A stretch of 64,000 bases of DNA from Candidatus Bathyarchaeia archaeon. GTDB lineage: Archaea; Thermoproteota; Bathyarchaeia; Bathyarchaeales; Bathycorpusculaceae. Where the stretch lies: contig JAVZNE010000002.1 in assembly GCA_038882975.1 (NCBI GenBank), positions 128,001 to 192,000 of the forward strand, written 5' to 3'. Both the position numbers and the translations under genes were made by a program. This document shows, one piece after another, positions 48,394-58,279 of the stretch. Numbering within the stretch: the first letter of the stretch is position 1; each line of letters starts with the position of its first letter. The notes below the pieces were generated by a model that had not been told where the DNA came from, did no database searches, and worked only from the letters and a program-made list of their open reading frames with translations.

Positions 48394-49182
48394 ATGGCAA
48401 AAACAGTGAAAGTCTTCGACCTCGACGGAAAACCCATTGGAAAAATAAGGCTGCCACCAATCTTTGAAACACCGATAAGGCCGGATGTCATAAAACGCGC
48501 AGTCCTAGCCATACAATCAACGAGGTTTCAGCCGCAGGGCAGGGACCCGATGGCTGGAAAAAGGACATCTGCGGAATCGAGAGGCGTAGGCTTAGGCATA
48601 GCAAGGATACCAAGAATTAAGGGACCGGCTGGAAGAGGCGCATTTGCGCCTGGAACAGTCGGTGGAAGGCTGGCACATCCACCATCTTCTGAGAAGAAGA
48701 TAGTTAAAAGGATTCCAAAAAAGGAGAAACGTTTGGCTCTTTTCTCGGCCATAGCAGCCACAGCCTCCAAAGAGATGGTGGTTTCACGGGGACACGCTGT
48801 TGAAGGAATACCGCAAATTCCGCTTGTTGTCACCGGCGAGTTTGAAAGTTTGAAAAGAACGAAGGAAGTTGAAGAAGCCCTCATAAAACTCGGGGTTCTC
48901 GCTGACTTATATAGAGTTAGGGAAAGCATTAAAGTCAGGGCTGGAAAGGGAAAGATGCGTGGTCGAAGGATAAAACAGGCTGTTGGACCCTTAATAGTTG
49001 TGGCCGAAGACAAAGGCTTAGGAGAGGCTGCAAGGAACATACCTGGCGTTGACGTTGTTCCAGTCAAGAGTTTAAATGCTGAGGTTCTTGCGCCCGGCAC
49101 ACATCCTGGAAGATTGACAATTTGGACAACCAGCGCCATAGAAACCCTTGACAAGCTTTATTGTAGAGGAGAGGAAGCCTAA
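48394..49182 (+). CDS. rpl4: 50S ribosomal protein L4
   Basis: AGKRTSAES and LAPGTHPGRLT.W. Confidence 0.98.
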   Translation: MAKTVKVFDLDGKPIGKIRLPPIFETPIRPDVIKRAVLAIQSTRFQPQGRDPMAGKRTSAESRGVGLGIARIPRIKGPAGRGAFAPGTVGGRLAHPPSSEKKIVKRIPKKEKRLALFSAIAATASKEMVVSRGHAVEGIPQIPLVVTGEFESLKRTKEVEEALIKLGVLADLYRVRESIKVRAGKGKMRGRRIKQAVGPLIVVAEDKGLGEAARNIPGVDVVPVKSLNAEVLAPGTHPGRLTIWTTSAIETLDKLYCRGEEA

Positions 49183-49442
49183 TGGACCCATATGAGGTTA
49201 TACTTTACCCTTTGATGACGGAATCCGCTAGCCTAATGGTTGAGAGGGAAAATAAGCTGGTCTTTATAGTTAACCTAAAAGCCACAAAGGAAGACGTTAA
49301 GAGGGCTGTTGAAGAGCTTTACGAGGTTAAGGTTGAAAAAGTAAACATTGTTATAACGCCAAAGGGGCAAAAGAAAGCCTTCGTTAAACTTCACCCAGAT
49401 TTTAAGGCGGCAGATGTCGCCATAAAGCTTGGAATACTATAA
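49182..49442 (+). CDS. rpl23: 50S ribosomal protein L23
   Basis: P..TE, ENKLVF.V and KKAFVKL. Confidence 0.97.
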   Translation: MDPYEVILYPLMTESASLMVERENKLVFIVNLKATKEDVKRAVEELYEVKVEKVNIVITPKGQKKAFVKLHPDFKAADVAIKLGIL

Positions 49443-49460
49443 TTTAATGGTGAAAAGTTT

Positions 49461-50204
49461 ATGGGAAAGAGAATTCGGGTCCAAAGACGGGGGCGTGGCG
49501 GACCAACCTTCAGAGCCGCAACTCACAAAAGGGTGGCACCGGCATGCTACCCGCCAACAAAACGGGAAATCTTTGACACAGTCACGAGAGGAATCGTTGA
49601 AGAAATTCTCCACGACCCTGGAAGGGGCGCCCCACTAGCCCTAATAAGATTTGAAAACGGGGAAGAATGCTACACTGTTGTTCCAGAAGGAGTTTACACT
49701 GGGCAGCAAATACAGATGGGAGGAAGGGCAAACGTCGAGGTTGGCAACATCCTGCCAATTGGGAAAATTCCGGAAGGCACAATAGTCTGCAACATAGAGC
49801 TTAAACCCGGTGACGGTGGAAAAATTGCAAAATCTTCAGGCGCCTACGCCACTGTTGTGGCTCACACAGCGCAAGGAACCCTAATAAAACTGCCTTCTGG
49901 CAAAACCAAGTATCTAAGCGATTACTGCAGAGCCACAATAGGTGTTGTCGCCGGCGCTGGCAGAACAGAAAAGCCTTTCCTCAAGGCGGGTGCAAAATTC
50001 CACCTAATGAGAGCTAGAGGGAGAAAATACCCGAGAACCCGTGGGAAAGCAATGGTTGCAGCGGTCCACCCATATGGAAGCAGCAAAAGAAGCGCACGGA
50101 AAGTCACAACTGTTTCACGGAACGCCCCGCCTGGAAAGAAGGTTGGGCTTATAGCGGCGAGAGGTGCGGGACGTAGAAAGAAGAGGGTGAAGGAAAGCGG
50201 GTAA
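49461..50204 (+). CDS. rpl2: 50S ribosomal protein L2
   Basis: MGKRI..QRRG, HDPGRGAP and PPG.KVGLIAAR. Confidence 0.98.
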   Translation: MGKRIRVQRRGRGGPTFRAATHKRVAPACYPPTKREIFDTVTRGIVEEILHDPGRGAPLALIRFENGEECYTVVPEGVYTGQQIQMGGRANVEVGNILPIGKIPEGTIVCNIELKPGDGGKIAKSSGAYATVVAHTAQGTLIKLPSGKTKYLSDYCRATIGVVAGAGRTEKPFLKAGAKFHLMRARGRKYPRTRGKAMVAAVHPYGSSKRSARKVTTVSRNAPPGKKVGLIAARGAGRRKKRVKESG

Positions 50205-50250
50205 TCAGAAGGTTTATAGCACCACATTCAAAATTTAGTGGTGATAGGCT

Positions 50251-50655
50251 ATGCCGAGGGAATTCACATACCGCGGATACACGCTTGAACAACTGCAAAG
50301 TATGTCAATGGACGAGTTCATAATGTTGCTTCCATCACGGCAGAGGAGAAGCCTCCACAGAGGCTTATCTCCAGAACAGCGAACCCTACTGGAAAACATT
50401 AGGAAGGCAAAAGAAGCCATGCGGAAAGGCGGAAACGTCACCATCAAAACTCACTGCCGCGACATGATAATCCTGCCAGAAATGGTAGGCTTGATTATTC
50501 ACGTTCACAACGGTAAAGAATTTGTCCCCGTTGAGATAAAACCCGAAATGATTGGGCACTACCTAGGCGAATTTGCAATAACAAACAAGCCAGTTAAGCA
50601 TGGAACACCCGGAATTGGAGCATCTCGCTCGTCAATGTATGTTCCACTAAAATAA
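50251..50655 (+). CDS. rps19: 30S ribosomal protein S19
   Basis: [15 protein letters not shown] and MIGHYLGEF. Confidence 0.98.
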   Translation: MPREFTYRGYTLEQLQSMSMDEFIMLLPSRQRRSLHRGLSPEQRTLLENIRKAKEAMRKGGNVTIKTHCRDMIILPEMVGLIIHVHNGKEFVPVEIKPEMIGHYLGEFAITNKPVKHGTPGIGASRSSMYVPLK

Positions 50656-50690
50656 AACGCTGCTGTTTCACTTAGAAAATTTTGGCAACG

Positions 50691-51116
50691 CTAGGCTGTA
50701 TAATCCACACCGGAAGGCTTTTTCTCCGCCTCTTTTGCTGGCGGAATCTGGGGCAGCGGAATCGGCGGCGGGATGTTCAATGTTCTGGAAATGATTACAC
50801 TTTCCACAAAAACCATGTTTGAAATCGACTGCACAATAACCGGTGGTGGCGGCTTCTTATCCTTATAATCCGAATAAATTTTCGCTATTTCGTCTTTGCT
50901 TCCAGCCACGTAAGCTCTTCCTTTAAGGCTTATTTGGGCTATTGAGGGGTTGTAGTTAACCGTTAAAACAAAGGGCACCTCAAGTGTATCATCCGACTTT
51001 TTCTCCACCTCGACAAGGTTAAGATTCGTGTTTATCTGGATAGGCGGTATGGGCTTCTTTATATCCCAGAACCGCTCTCCAGAAACATTTGTTATTAGGA
51101 CGTTTACTCTAATCAT
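50691..51116 (-). CDS. Conserved archaeal hypothetical protein
   Basis: Clean ORF at the end of the S27ae operon, beta-rich with a PPP.PLP tail. Confidence 0.75.
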   Translation of the reverse strand: MIRVNVLITNVSGERFWDIKKPIPPIQINTNLNLVEVEKKSDDTLEVPFVLTVNYNPSIAQISLKGRAYVAGSKDEIAKIYSDYKDKKPPPPVIVQSISNMVFVESVIISRTLNIPPPIPLPQIPPAKEAEKKPSGVDYTA

Positions 51117-51150
51117 TCTAGACCATCATAAACTATGATACTCGTACAAT

Positions 51151-51396
51151 TTAAGTGTGTTTATATCGTGTGAAGCCGCAGTGTCCGCATGCGTACCTGT
51201 CGCCATGGTCAGCCATGAAATATCCCGGTCCGCAGCGTTCACATGTTGGGCGAAGTCTAACAATTTTTTCTCCTTCAATTTTGTAGATGGAGTGGATGCC
51301 TTTCTCCTCCCTTTTCCTTTTTTCCCTCTTACCCTTCTTTGGAGCCGCTTTGGGTGCGGCTTCTTCCGCTGCGGCTTTCTCATCTTTTTCAGTCAT
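51151..51396 (-). CDS. rps27ae: 30S ribosomal protein S27ae
   Basis: C.RCGPG.FMA.H.DR..CG.CG.T. Confidence 0.95.
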   Translation of the reverse strand: MTEKDEKAAAEEAAPKAAPKKGKREKRKREEKGIHSIYKIEGEKIVRLRPTCERCGPGYFMADHGDRYACGHCGFTRYKHT

Positions 51397-51708
51397 CTAC
51401 TCTTTCCCTTCCTCTTTTGGTTTTTCTGGTGGTATGTTTCTCTTTACAATATACTCTGGCTCAATAAGCTTTGCGTGTTCAAATGAGTCATAAACATTAG
51501 CTAACCCTATGGCTTTTCGTGTGCCGGTCTTCGTCTCCAACTTTTTAATGAAAACGAGGTTCACGTCGGTTTTCAACAGTTTTGCTATGGCATTTTTCAC
51601 TTCCAATCTCGGAGGGGTGCTCCCGGTCTGGTTGTGGTCCACTTGGAAGACGACTTCTCTACGTTTTAGCAGCGGGTTCACATTTTCAGACAATATTTTA
51701 ACTTCCAT
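51397..51708 (-). CDS. rps24e: 30S ribosomal protein S24e
   Basis: NPLL.RRE, TP.R..V, G.A..Y and EP.Y..KRN. Confidence 0.95.
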   Translation of the reverse strand: MEVKILSENVNPLLKRREVVFQVDHNQTGSTPPRLEVKNAIAKLLKTDVNLVFIKKLETKTGTRKAIGLANVYDSFEHAKLIEPEYIVKRNIPPEKPKEEGKE

Positions 51709-51753
51709 ACGTTTTCCCTTGTGGTGTCTGACTTGATACCATTTTCCCTTTAT

Positions 51754-52281
51754 TTAGCCTTTCGCAACCTCCATAGCCCTTAATATACTGGCAACCTCTT
51801 CCTTCTTCTGCTTTGTAGCTTTGACAACCACCATGCCCTCATGGGGCTGACCATAAATCACAAAAGAGTTTTCAGGCGCATACAAAATAGCGCACAATGC
51901 CAAAAGGTCTTCCTCACCTTCAACAACAATTTTCGTCTTACGATTAGCCTTCAAGGCTTCTTTAATAGTGTTTAAGGCTTCAAAGGTTATGGTTCCCGGA
52001 GGATTTTTAACATGCTTTTCCACATCCGCGTTTAGCGGCTCTGGAGCTATATCTTTGCGCATAACCCGATTGTCAATAATCATAAGGTTTGGAGAAATCC
52101 CGTTTTCCACAAGGTTTTTTGAGACCGTGTCCCCAACAGAAACTATCCCCGGAGGCTTTTCAACGTCCACAATATGCTTAAACTTTTTAACAGTTTCTTC
52201 AAAGGAGCCTCTGATCAGCATGCCGAGGGGCTTTTTAAGTTTTCTACGAAGAGATGATGGCAACACATAAGCGGTGCTCAT
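51754..52281 (-). CDS. GTP-dependent dephospho-CoA kinase (DUF359)
   Basis: LK.PLG, VGD, NPPG.IT, V.GEEDLLAL and YGQP.EG.V. Confidence 0.92.
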   Translation of the reverse strand: MSTAYVLPSSLRRKLKKPLGMLIRGSFEETVKKFKHIVDVEKPPGIVSVGDTVSKNLVENGISPNLMIIDNRVMRKDIAPEPLNADVEKHVKNPPGTITFEALNTIKEALKANRKTKIVVEGEEDLLALCAILYAPENSFVIYGQPHEGMVVVKATKQKKEEVASILRAMEVAKG

Positions 52282-52467
52282 TTATCTGACCTTTAATGCG
52301 TAGCGTCCCTTCTCCTTAATGTTCATCGCCTTTGCAATAGCCGAGCCTTCCGGGTCAAAAATTATCACAAGCCCACTATAATCGTCGCTGAGGGTTGACG
52401 TTTTACACTTTGGACAGACGTTACTGGTTGTTATTGTGTGGCATGTAGTACACGCTTTTTCGCTCAT
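52282..52467 (-). CDS. spt4: Transcription elongation factor Spt4 (RpoE2)
   Basis: AC..C, CP.C, G...I.DP..S.IA and G.YALKVR. Confidence 0.95.
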   Translation of the reverse strand: MSEKACTTCHTITTSNVCPKCKTSTLSDDYSGLVIIFDPEGSAIAKAMNIKEKGRYALKVR

Positions 52468-53063
52468 TCTTTAGCTTTCTCCTTCTCTTTTTCCTTTTTC
52501 TTTTCAGAAGCCTCTTTTAACTTTTGCAAATCCTGCTCTATCCACTCTAACTTCCCTAAAAAGGGTTGTCTGGCTGTTACACCTATCTTCGCTGAGCCGC
52601 CAACCCTGCCGAGAGAGACGGCTGTTATGCGTACGCGAACTCTGTCGCCTGCTGCTAGCCTTCGGTGGGTCTCCTTGCCTATTAAAACTCCTTGTTTTTC
52701 GTCGTAGGAAATGAAGTCATCCATTAACTGTGAGACATGGAGCAGAGCGTCAACTGGTCCTATGCGAACGAAAGCGCCGAAATCTGCTATTTCAACGACC
52801 TCTCCTTCAACAACTTCTTGGAGCTCGGGATAAAATGTCAAAAGCGAAAAAGTTACCTTATGGTAGGTTGCGCCGTCGCCTGGAATTATTTTCCCTATGG
52901 GGCTTACCTTAACATTTGTTGCGGCGATAACATAGCCCAAAACCTCGTCCACAACCCCTTCATATTTTGCTTTAACTTGTTGGTATCCAACCTCATCCAG
53001 CGGATTACCAAAGGTTTCTGGCGGAATGCGAATAGTATCCTCCATGGTTATGAGCTTAAACAA
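52464..53063 (-). CDS. rpoE1: RNA polymerase subunit E' (Rpo7)
   Basis: D.IRIPP..FG, PGDG, FGAFVRIGP.D.LLH.SQ and RQP.LGKLEW. Confidence 0.96.
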   Translation of the reverse strand: MFKLITMEDTIRIPPETFGNPLDEVGYQQVKAKYEGVVDEVLGYVIAATNVKVSPIGKIIPGDGATYHKVTFSLLTFYPELQEVVEGEVVEIADFGAFVRIGPVDALLHVSQLMDDFISYDEKQGVLIGKETHRRLAAGDRVRVRITAVSLGRVGGSAKIGVTARQPFLGKLEWIEQDLQKLKEASEKKKEKEKEKAKE

Positions 53064-53526
53064 GGTTACATCCTCCCTCAATTTCAAGCCGGGACTTTTG
53101 CCTCACATAAATAACTGGCACATTTATATCTCTTAACCTCTTCCGAAGCGCTCTATCATTGGTGAAAACGGGGCTTTTCCATTCACTCGCAACCTTCACT
53201 ATGGCGTCGTCCGGAGAACTTTCATATATTTCGCCTAAATCCACAAGCTTACATTTCTTGGCAAGTCCCAGGGCGTATGTTGACTCTTTTCGGGTTTTCG
53301 GCGAACCCTTCGCGGCAAGAGTTTCCAACTCCCTCTTAACTGGTGAAAGCAGTACAAATTCAACATTCCTACTCAAAAGATTTCTCAACTCCTCAAATAT
53401 GTCAATCTTAAACTTTAAAGGTACGAAAAACGCGTTTGAATCCAGGATAACCTTCAACCTCTCTTTTTGGATCCTCTGGCTTTGGTGACATTTCACCTTG
53501 TCATTCCGTATCCTATTAATCGCCAT
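53056..53526 (-). CDS. PIN domain protein (Fcf1/Utp24-like)
   Basis: VILDSN, V..EL, DD and TND..LR..LR; conserved position between aIF2g and rpoE. Confidence 0.9.
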   Translation of the reverse strand: MAINRIRNDKVKCHQSQRIQKERLKVILDSNAFFVPLKFKIDIFEELRNLLSRNVEFVLLSPVKRELETLAAKGSPKTRKESTYALGLAKKCKLVDLGEIYESSPDDAIVKVASEWKSPVFTNDRALRKRLRDINVPVIYVRQKSRLEIEGGCNLV

Positions 53527-54743
53527 CTTCCAGCAATCTTCCTACTTATGGCAACCCTCGAACCAGCAAGAGCGCAGACTGGTCTTGTAAGCTTAAGCGT
53601 AGTCGTCTCACCCTTAACCGCAACAACTTTCCCAACAGTTATTGCAGCGCCGACGTGAAGCAACAACGTTTCATCCTTGCTTATGCTGTCCACTTTCGCA
53701 AGCTCCTTAGTTCCCACAGCCCGCTCAAGAATATACGTTTCTAAATTAAGCTCCGTAAGAATCTGCGGAAGCATTCCCGCCTTCCCAACAATATTTCCAG
53801 TCAAACCGTCAGCCTTAGAAAGCGAAGGGTCTAAGAGGGTGCCAACACCGACTAAACCACCGCAGTGGGCTTCCTTTACGTTTCTCCCGCCCGCGTGTAA
53901 GCTGGTGATTTCGCTAAAAAGGGGCTTATAGACACTTTTGCCCTCTTCTTCAACGCTTATTCCTGGGCGAAGCTCTATCTCATCCCCAACGGCAAACTTT
54001 CCGTGCAAAATTGTCCCACCTATAACCCCGCCCCTAAGTCTTTCTATTGGAGTGCCCGGCTTATTAACATCGAAGGATCGCACAACATACATTAATGGCT
54101 GTTTTGTCTCGTCCCTTTTAGGAGTCGGAATGAACTCCTCCATAGCTTGGATTAGGGCGTCTATGTTTACGCCCCGCTGGGCTGAAACCGGAATTATTGG
54201 AGCGTTTTCGGCAACTGTTCCTTTAACAAAATTTTTAATCTCCTCATAGCTTTTCCGAGCCCTCTCCTCAGTCACAATGTCAATCTTGTTTTGCGCAATT
54301 ATGATGTTCTTAATCCCAATAATTTCCGCAGCAGCCAAATGCTCTCTTGTCTGTGGTTGGGGACAAGGCTCATCAGCAGCAATAACCAGTATCGCCCCAT
54401 CCATTATCGCTGCTCCAGAAAGCATCGTAGCCATCAAAGCCTCATGCCCCGGCGCGTCAACAAAGCTTACGGCTCTGATAAAAGCTGTTTCAGAACCACA
54501 GTGGGGGCAAACCGGCTCTTTTGAATAGTTTTTCGGCGGTTCACATTTTGGGCACTTGTAGACCGGCATGTCCGCGTAGCCCAACTTTATTGTTATGCCC
54601 CGCTTAAGCTCCTCGCTGTGCCTAGCAGCCCAAATACCAGTTAAAGCCTGCACCAAAGTTGTTTTACCATGGTCAACATGCCCTATCGTACCAATGTTTA
54701 TTTCCGGCTGCCGCGGCAAGACGACGGTCTTTTCTTCGCTCAT
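53493..54743 (-). CDS. eif2g: Translation initiation factor aIF-2 gamma
   Basis: GHVDHGKTT, RGITIKLGYA, DAPGHE, NKID and WRLIG.G. Confidence 0.98.
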   Translation of the reverse strand: MSEEKTVVLPRQPEINIGTIGHVDHGKTTLVQALTGIWAARHSEELKRGITIKLGYADMPVYKCPKCEPPKNYSKEPVCPHCGSETAFIRAVSFVDAPGHEALMATMLSGAAIMDGAILVIAADEPCPQPQTREHLAAAEIIGIKNIIIAQNKIDIVTEERARKSYEEIKNFVKGTVAENAPIIPVSAQRGVNIDALIQAMEEFIPTPKRDETKQPLMYVVRSFDVNKPGTPIERLRGGVIGGTILHGKFAVGDEIELRPGISVEEEGKSVYKPLFSEITSLHAGGRNVKEAHCGGLVGVGTLLDPSLSKADGLTGNIVGKAGMLPQILTELNLETYILERAVGTKELAKVDSISKDETLLLHVGAAITVGKVVAVKGETTTLKLTRPVCALAGSRVAISRKIAGRWRLIGYGMTR

Positions 54744-54826
54744 TTTCTTTATTTTCCCTTCACAACTACAATCATTGAAGGATGTTACCCTACAAGCTAA
54801 TAAACGTTAAGCACACCATTCGTGTT

Positions 54827-55237
54827 TCAAGCTTTTTCCTCTTTGGTCAGCTGAGGCTTTTCCTTTGCCTCTCCAACCTTTTTACCCTTAAGCTTTTCAA
54901 CCACTTTCATGTTCACCTGAACAATCTCATCAGTGATAACGTTTCCACGAACCCTCTTTCGCCTCCGTTCCCCCTCATTCTGCGGGTTAAAGCCAACGCC
55001 GCCGCTTAAAACAACGCTTCTCCGCACCCCCCCATGCACATTAGGTCTCATTGGAAAACCATCCTTATCCGAACCGCCAGTAATCTGCACTTTAAAACCC
55101 GGCAAGCCGACAACCGAGCCGTCTATAACATCGCCTATCTTCTTCCCAATCAATGGAACCGCCCGTGCATCTTCCAACTCTACAGTTTTTGAAGTTCCAT
55201 CTTCTGGGTCCGACACTATAACCTTGAATTTAGCCAT
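54827..55237 (-). CDS. rps6e: 30S ribosomal protein S6e
   Basis: ITGGSDKDGFPM and G.RRRK.VRG. Confidence 0.97.
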   Translation of the reverse strand: MAKFKVIVSDPEDGTSKTVELEDARAVPLIGKKIGDVIDGSVVGLPGFKVQITGGSDKDGFPMRPNVHGGVRRSVVLSGGVGFNPQNEGERRRKRVRGNVITDEIVQVNMKVVEKLKGKKVGEAKEKPQLTKEEKA

Positions 55238-55377
55238 CGGCGCTTACTCTCCAGCGGAGATTATGAAGTTAAATCTCCTAATTATTAAGGGTTATGTGAA
55301 AACGTTGACTGTGATATAGCTTCAAGTTTTACTGAAGGCAAAAGTTTTTAATTTTGACCTTACGTTGTTCACCGTCT

Positions 55378-56565
55378 ATGTGGCGTCTAGGATTCCTGTT
55401 TCATGAAATGGCTTTTGGTCTCTTTCCGTTTTCCTTCCCCTCTATATCATAAGTATTGGCGGGTCATTGCTTGACATAGGAGTGATGACCTTCATCGCCT
55501 CGCTCATGTCTATTCCAGCATTCTTCTTTTGGGGTTACATGTGCGACAAAACGCACCATTATAAACGTTACATCCTAGTTTCTTTTTTATCCACCTCTCT
55601 TCTGTTGTATCTTTTAACCCTTTCAACAAATGTAAGCGTTCTCATAATTTTGTATGTAATTATGGCGGTTTTTCACGCTGCCCACGAACCACCCAAAAAC
55701 GTTCTCATAGCCGAATACTATCCAAGAGAGAAGTAGGAAAGGACCTACGCCATTTATGAAGCGCTAACTGAAATTGGCTGGATAACCGGGCTCTGCATTG
55801 GAATTTTCATAGCCTCTTCAGCAGGTCTTAACGCAAAGATAACATTGCTGATCTGCAGCGGTTCAAATTTCTTGGCTTTCTTTCTCTCCATGTTCTTGAT
55901 TGCAGACCCAATCATAATTTTTGAAAGAGGCTTGGTAAATATAGAAAAGAGCGTTGACCTCACTCATAAGGGTGTGACTTTAGCATCAAAAATTTTGGAA
56001 GGCTTTTCTGTTCGTATGCGCCTTAAAATGGAGAACTTCTACGCTTTCTGTGGAGGATTAGCACTTTTCTCCTTAGCCACAAACATTTTGTTCACACCCT
56101 TACCAGTCTTTTTCTCTAAAGATTTGAACCTACCCGCCAGCATGATTTACGCCATATATGTTTCAAACTCGACCGCGAGCGCCATTGGCTATTCCTTCGC
56201 ATGCAGTGAACTTGAACAGCACAAAGAAAGAATGCGCCTGCAAAAATAGTTTTAGTGAGAAGTCTCTTAGCCTTTCTTTTGGCTTGTTTTGCCGCTTTAA
56301 GATTTGGCACAGCAATAGCTGCTACACTAATTTTAACTTTAATGGGTTTCGCTTACCCCTATACCATGTTTCTGTACTCTCCTTGTCAATGGAGCCTATA
56401 CCCTCTGGGAAGGCAGGCTTATTTGATGTCCTCGTAAGTATAGGCAGCGCCATAGGGGCTTTCACAGGTCCACTTATTGCCCAATTGTTAGGTTTCACCC
56501 ATGTATTCTTGTTTTCAGGGATAGCTTTCCTCCCCGCCTACGCATTGTTTAAGGCATACTATTAA
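55378..56565 (+). pseudogene. Disrupted MFS transporter
   Basis: MWRLGFLFHEMAFG starts at 55378. Frameshift near 55425, in-frame TAG at 55734 and further frame changes near 56250 and 56370. MFS motif WG..CDK...K and many TM helices. Confidence 0.8.
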
Positions 56566-56580
56566 AATAAGAGGTATCGC

Positions 56581-58053
56581 CTATTCCACGTGGACTCTGT
56601 AGACATCTATGTCCTCCCGCATTTCAGGCGTTAACTCTAGGAACTCCCTCACAGACCTTTCAACATCCTTTGACTGTGTTACATAGCGCCCGACAACAAC
56701 TATGTCGGCGCCCTTCTCCAACGCCTCCTTTGCAGTTTCTGGAATTATCCCACCAGCCACCGCGATAAGGAACCTCTTATCCTTAAATGTCTGCCTAAGC
56801 TCTTGAATAAGCTCCAAACCAATGGTTTTTCCAGTCTCTTCATCTATACCCCTATGAATAACGACAACGTCCGGAAAATCTCTAAGGGTTTTCAGCTTCT
56901 TAACGGGGTCTTCAACGTTGAGCATGTCAACAGCTGCGTAAATCCCAAGTCTTTTCGCCTCATAAATAAAGGCGTCAAGGGTTTCGGTAGGCGCCAAACC
57001 AGCGGCTATAACACCGTCGGCTGTTTCCTCATATGCAATGTCCACTTCCACCTTTCCAACGTCAAGAGTTTTCAAATCCGCCATGAAAAATATGTCTCTG
57101 GCAACTTCTCTAAGCTCGCTTATCACTTTAGTGCCATAACGCTTTATGAGCGGCGTACCAGCCTCCAAAATTATTCTGTCGCTTCTCGGAATCTGCATAA
57201 TAATCTTCTTTGTCCGCTCTAGGTCAGGTATGTCAAGGGAAATCTGCAGGTACGGCGGTCTCCATAGGCGTGGCACCCTATAACCAAGCATTGGATGCTT
57301 GGCCCTATCCTTATCATAGAAAACCTTCTCCAGCGAGGGATACCTAGCCATAGCCCTTTTTAATGCCAACTTTGTTGCACTATAATTGTAATGGTATATT
57401 TTCCGGTGGTCACTCGCCTTCGGATGGACAAAAACGCTGCAAACCACAACCCAGTCGTCAACCTTATCTTTTGGAATTATGCCCTCCTCAACGGCATCAG
57501 CAATAGCCTTAGCAACAGCCGCCTGAGCAGGACCAAAAACCTTGCTGGCATCCTCAAGATTCTTAACAGTCACCTTAGGCACAAGCAAAGTATGCGGCTT
57601 AGGCGGAAGGTTAGGCCTAATAACCGCCAAAAGCGGCGTATGCCCCATAGAAAGATGAGCCAAACCATTTGCAAAAGCCTCGCCAACAGGGCCATCCTTG
57701 TCGCCTATCAAGAGGTCTATATGAGCAACCTCATTCCCCTCTCCGACAAAAGCCTCACCAATAAGGTACGTGTATCCCCTAGAAGGTTGTCGAACACCCG
57801 ACACCTCAACAGCCGAAACGCCAGCGACAACTTCGCCAAAATCGACATTAAACTCCCTAAGCCAAGAATAAAGGGTATCCCTATGAATCCCTAAAATCTT
57901 AGCAGTTCCAGAAACCGTTGGCTTCGCAGGCTTTCTCGACAAAAGACTGCGAGCTTCCACCTCCTTCCTAGCGGCATCCGTCAAAATCCTGACGAACTCT
58001 TCACGAGTTTCGGGCTTCTTAAAGTCTCTTTCCGACATATACCAATTCTCCAA
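56581..58053 (-). CDS. fae-hps: Bifunctional formaldehyde-activating enzyme / 3-hexulose-6-phosphate synthase with an extra N-terminal HTH domain
   Basis: Fae part: IGEAFVGEGNEVAHIDL, FGPAQAAVAKA, YNY.ATK.A. Hps part: PYLQ.SLD, EAGTPLIK, DLKTLD.G, AVAGG, VVGR. Confidence 0.93.
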   Translation of the reverse strand: MENWYMSERDFKKPETREEFVRILTDAARKEVEARSLLSRKPAKPTVSGTAKILGIHRDTLYSWLREFNVDFGEVVAGVSAVEVSGVRQPSRGYTYLIGEAFVGEGNEVAHIDLLIGDKDGPVGEAFANGLAHLSMGHTPLLAVIRPNLPPKPHTLLVPKVTVKNLEDASKVFGPAQAAVAKAIADAVEEGIIPKDKVDDWVVVCSVFVHPKASDHRKIYHYNYSATKLALKRAMARYPSLEKVFYDKDRAKHPMLGYRVPRLWRPPYLQISLDIPDLERTKKIIMQIPRSDRIILEAGTPLIKRYGTKVISELREVARDIFFMADLKTLDVGKVEVDIAYEETADGVIAAGLAPTETLDAFIYEAKRLGIYAAVDMLNVEDPVKKLKTLRDFPDVVVIHRGIDEETGKTIGLELIQELRQTFKDKRFLIAVAGGIIPETAKEALEKGADIVVVGRYVTQSKDVERSVREFLELTPEMREDIDVYRVHVE

Positions 58054-58169
58054 AAATATTTCCGTCGAAGTGTTATTTAAGTCTGTCGGATTATTTACTT
58101 ATTTACGCAACTTTTGAGCTACTAGAAGCTTATAGTGCCGGATATTAATGTTTTATAAGAAGCGTCGTG

Positions 58170-58247
58170 TGGTGCTCCGGCCGGGATTTGAACCCGGGTC
58201 CGCGGCTCGAGAGGCCGCTATACTTGACCGGACTATACTACCGGAGC
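58170..58247 (-). tRNA. tRNA-Glu(CTC), CCA encoded
   Basis: Acceptor stem GCTCCGG/CCGGAGC, anticodon arm GCGGC-CT-CTC-GA-GCCGC, T-loop GTTCAAATC. Confidence 0.96.
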
Positions 58248-58279
58248 CTTCTGCTAAATATATTCAATGTGGGCTGTAT

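Noticed and set aside
48528-49154. Long antisense ORFs over ribosomal and other core genes (e.g. 208 aa opposite rpl4, 194 aa opposite the helicase)
   Set aside because: These are typical antisense shadows with no motifs, and the sense genes are unambiguous.
55734-55736. In-frame TAG as a pyrrolysine or readthrough site in the MFS gene
   Set aside because: The same gene has several frameshifts, so a TGG-to-TAG nonsense change is simpler. No pyl genes are in the window.
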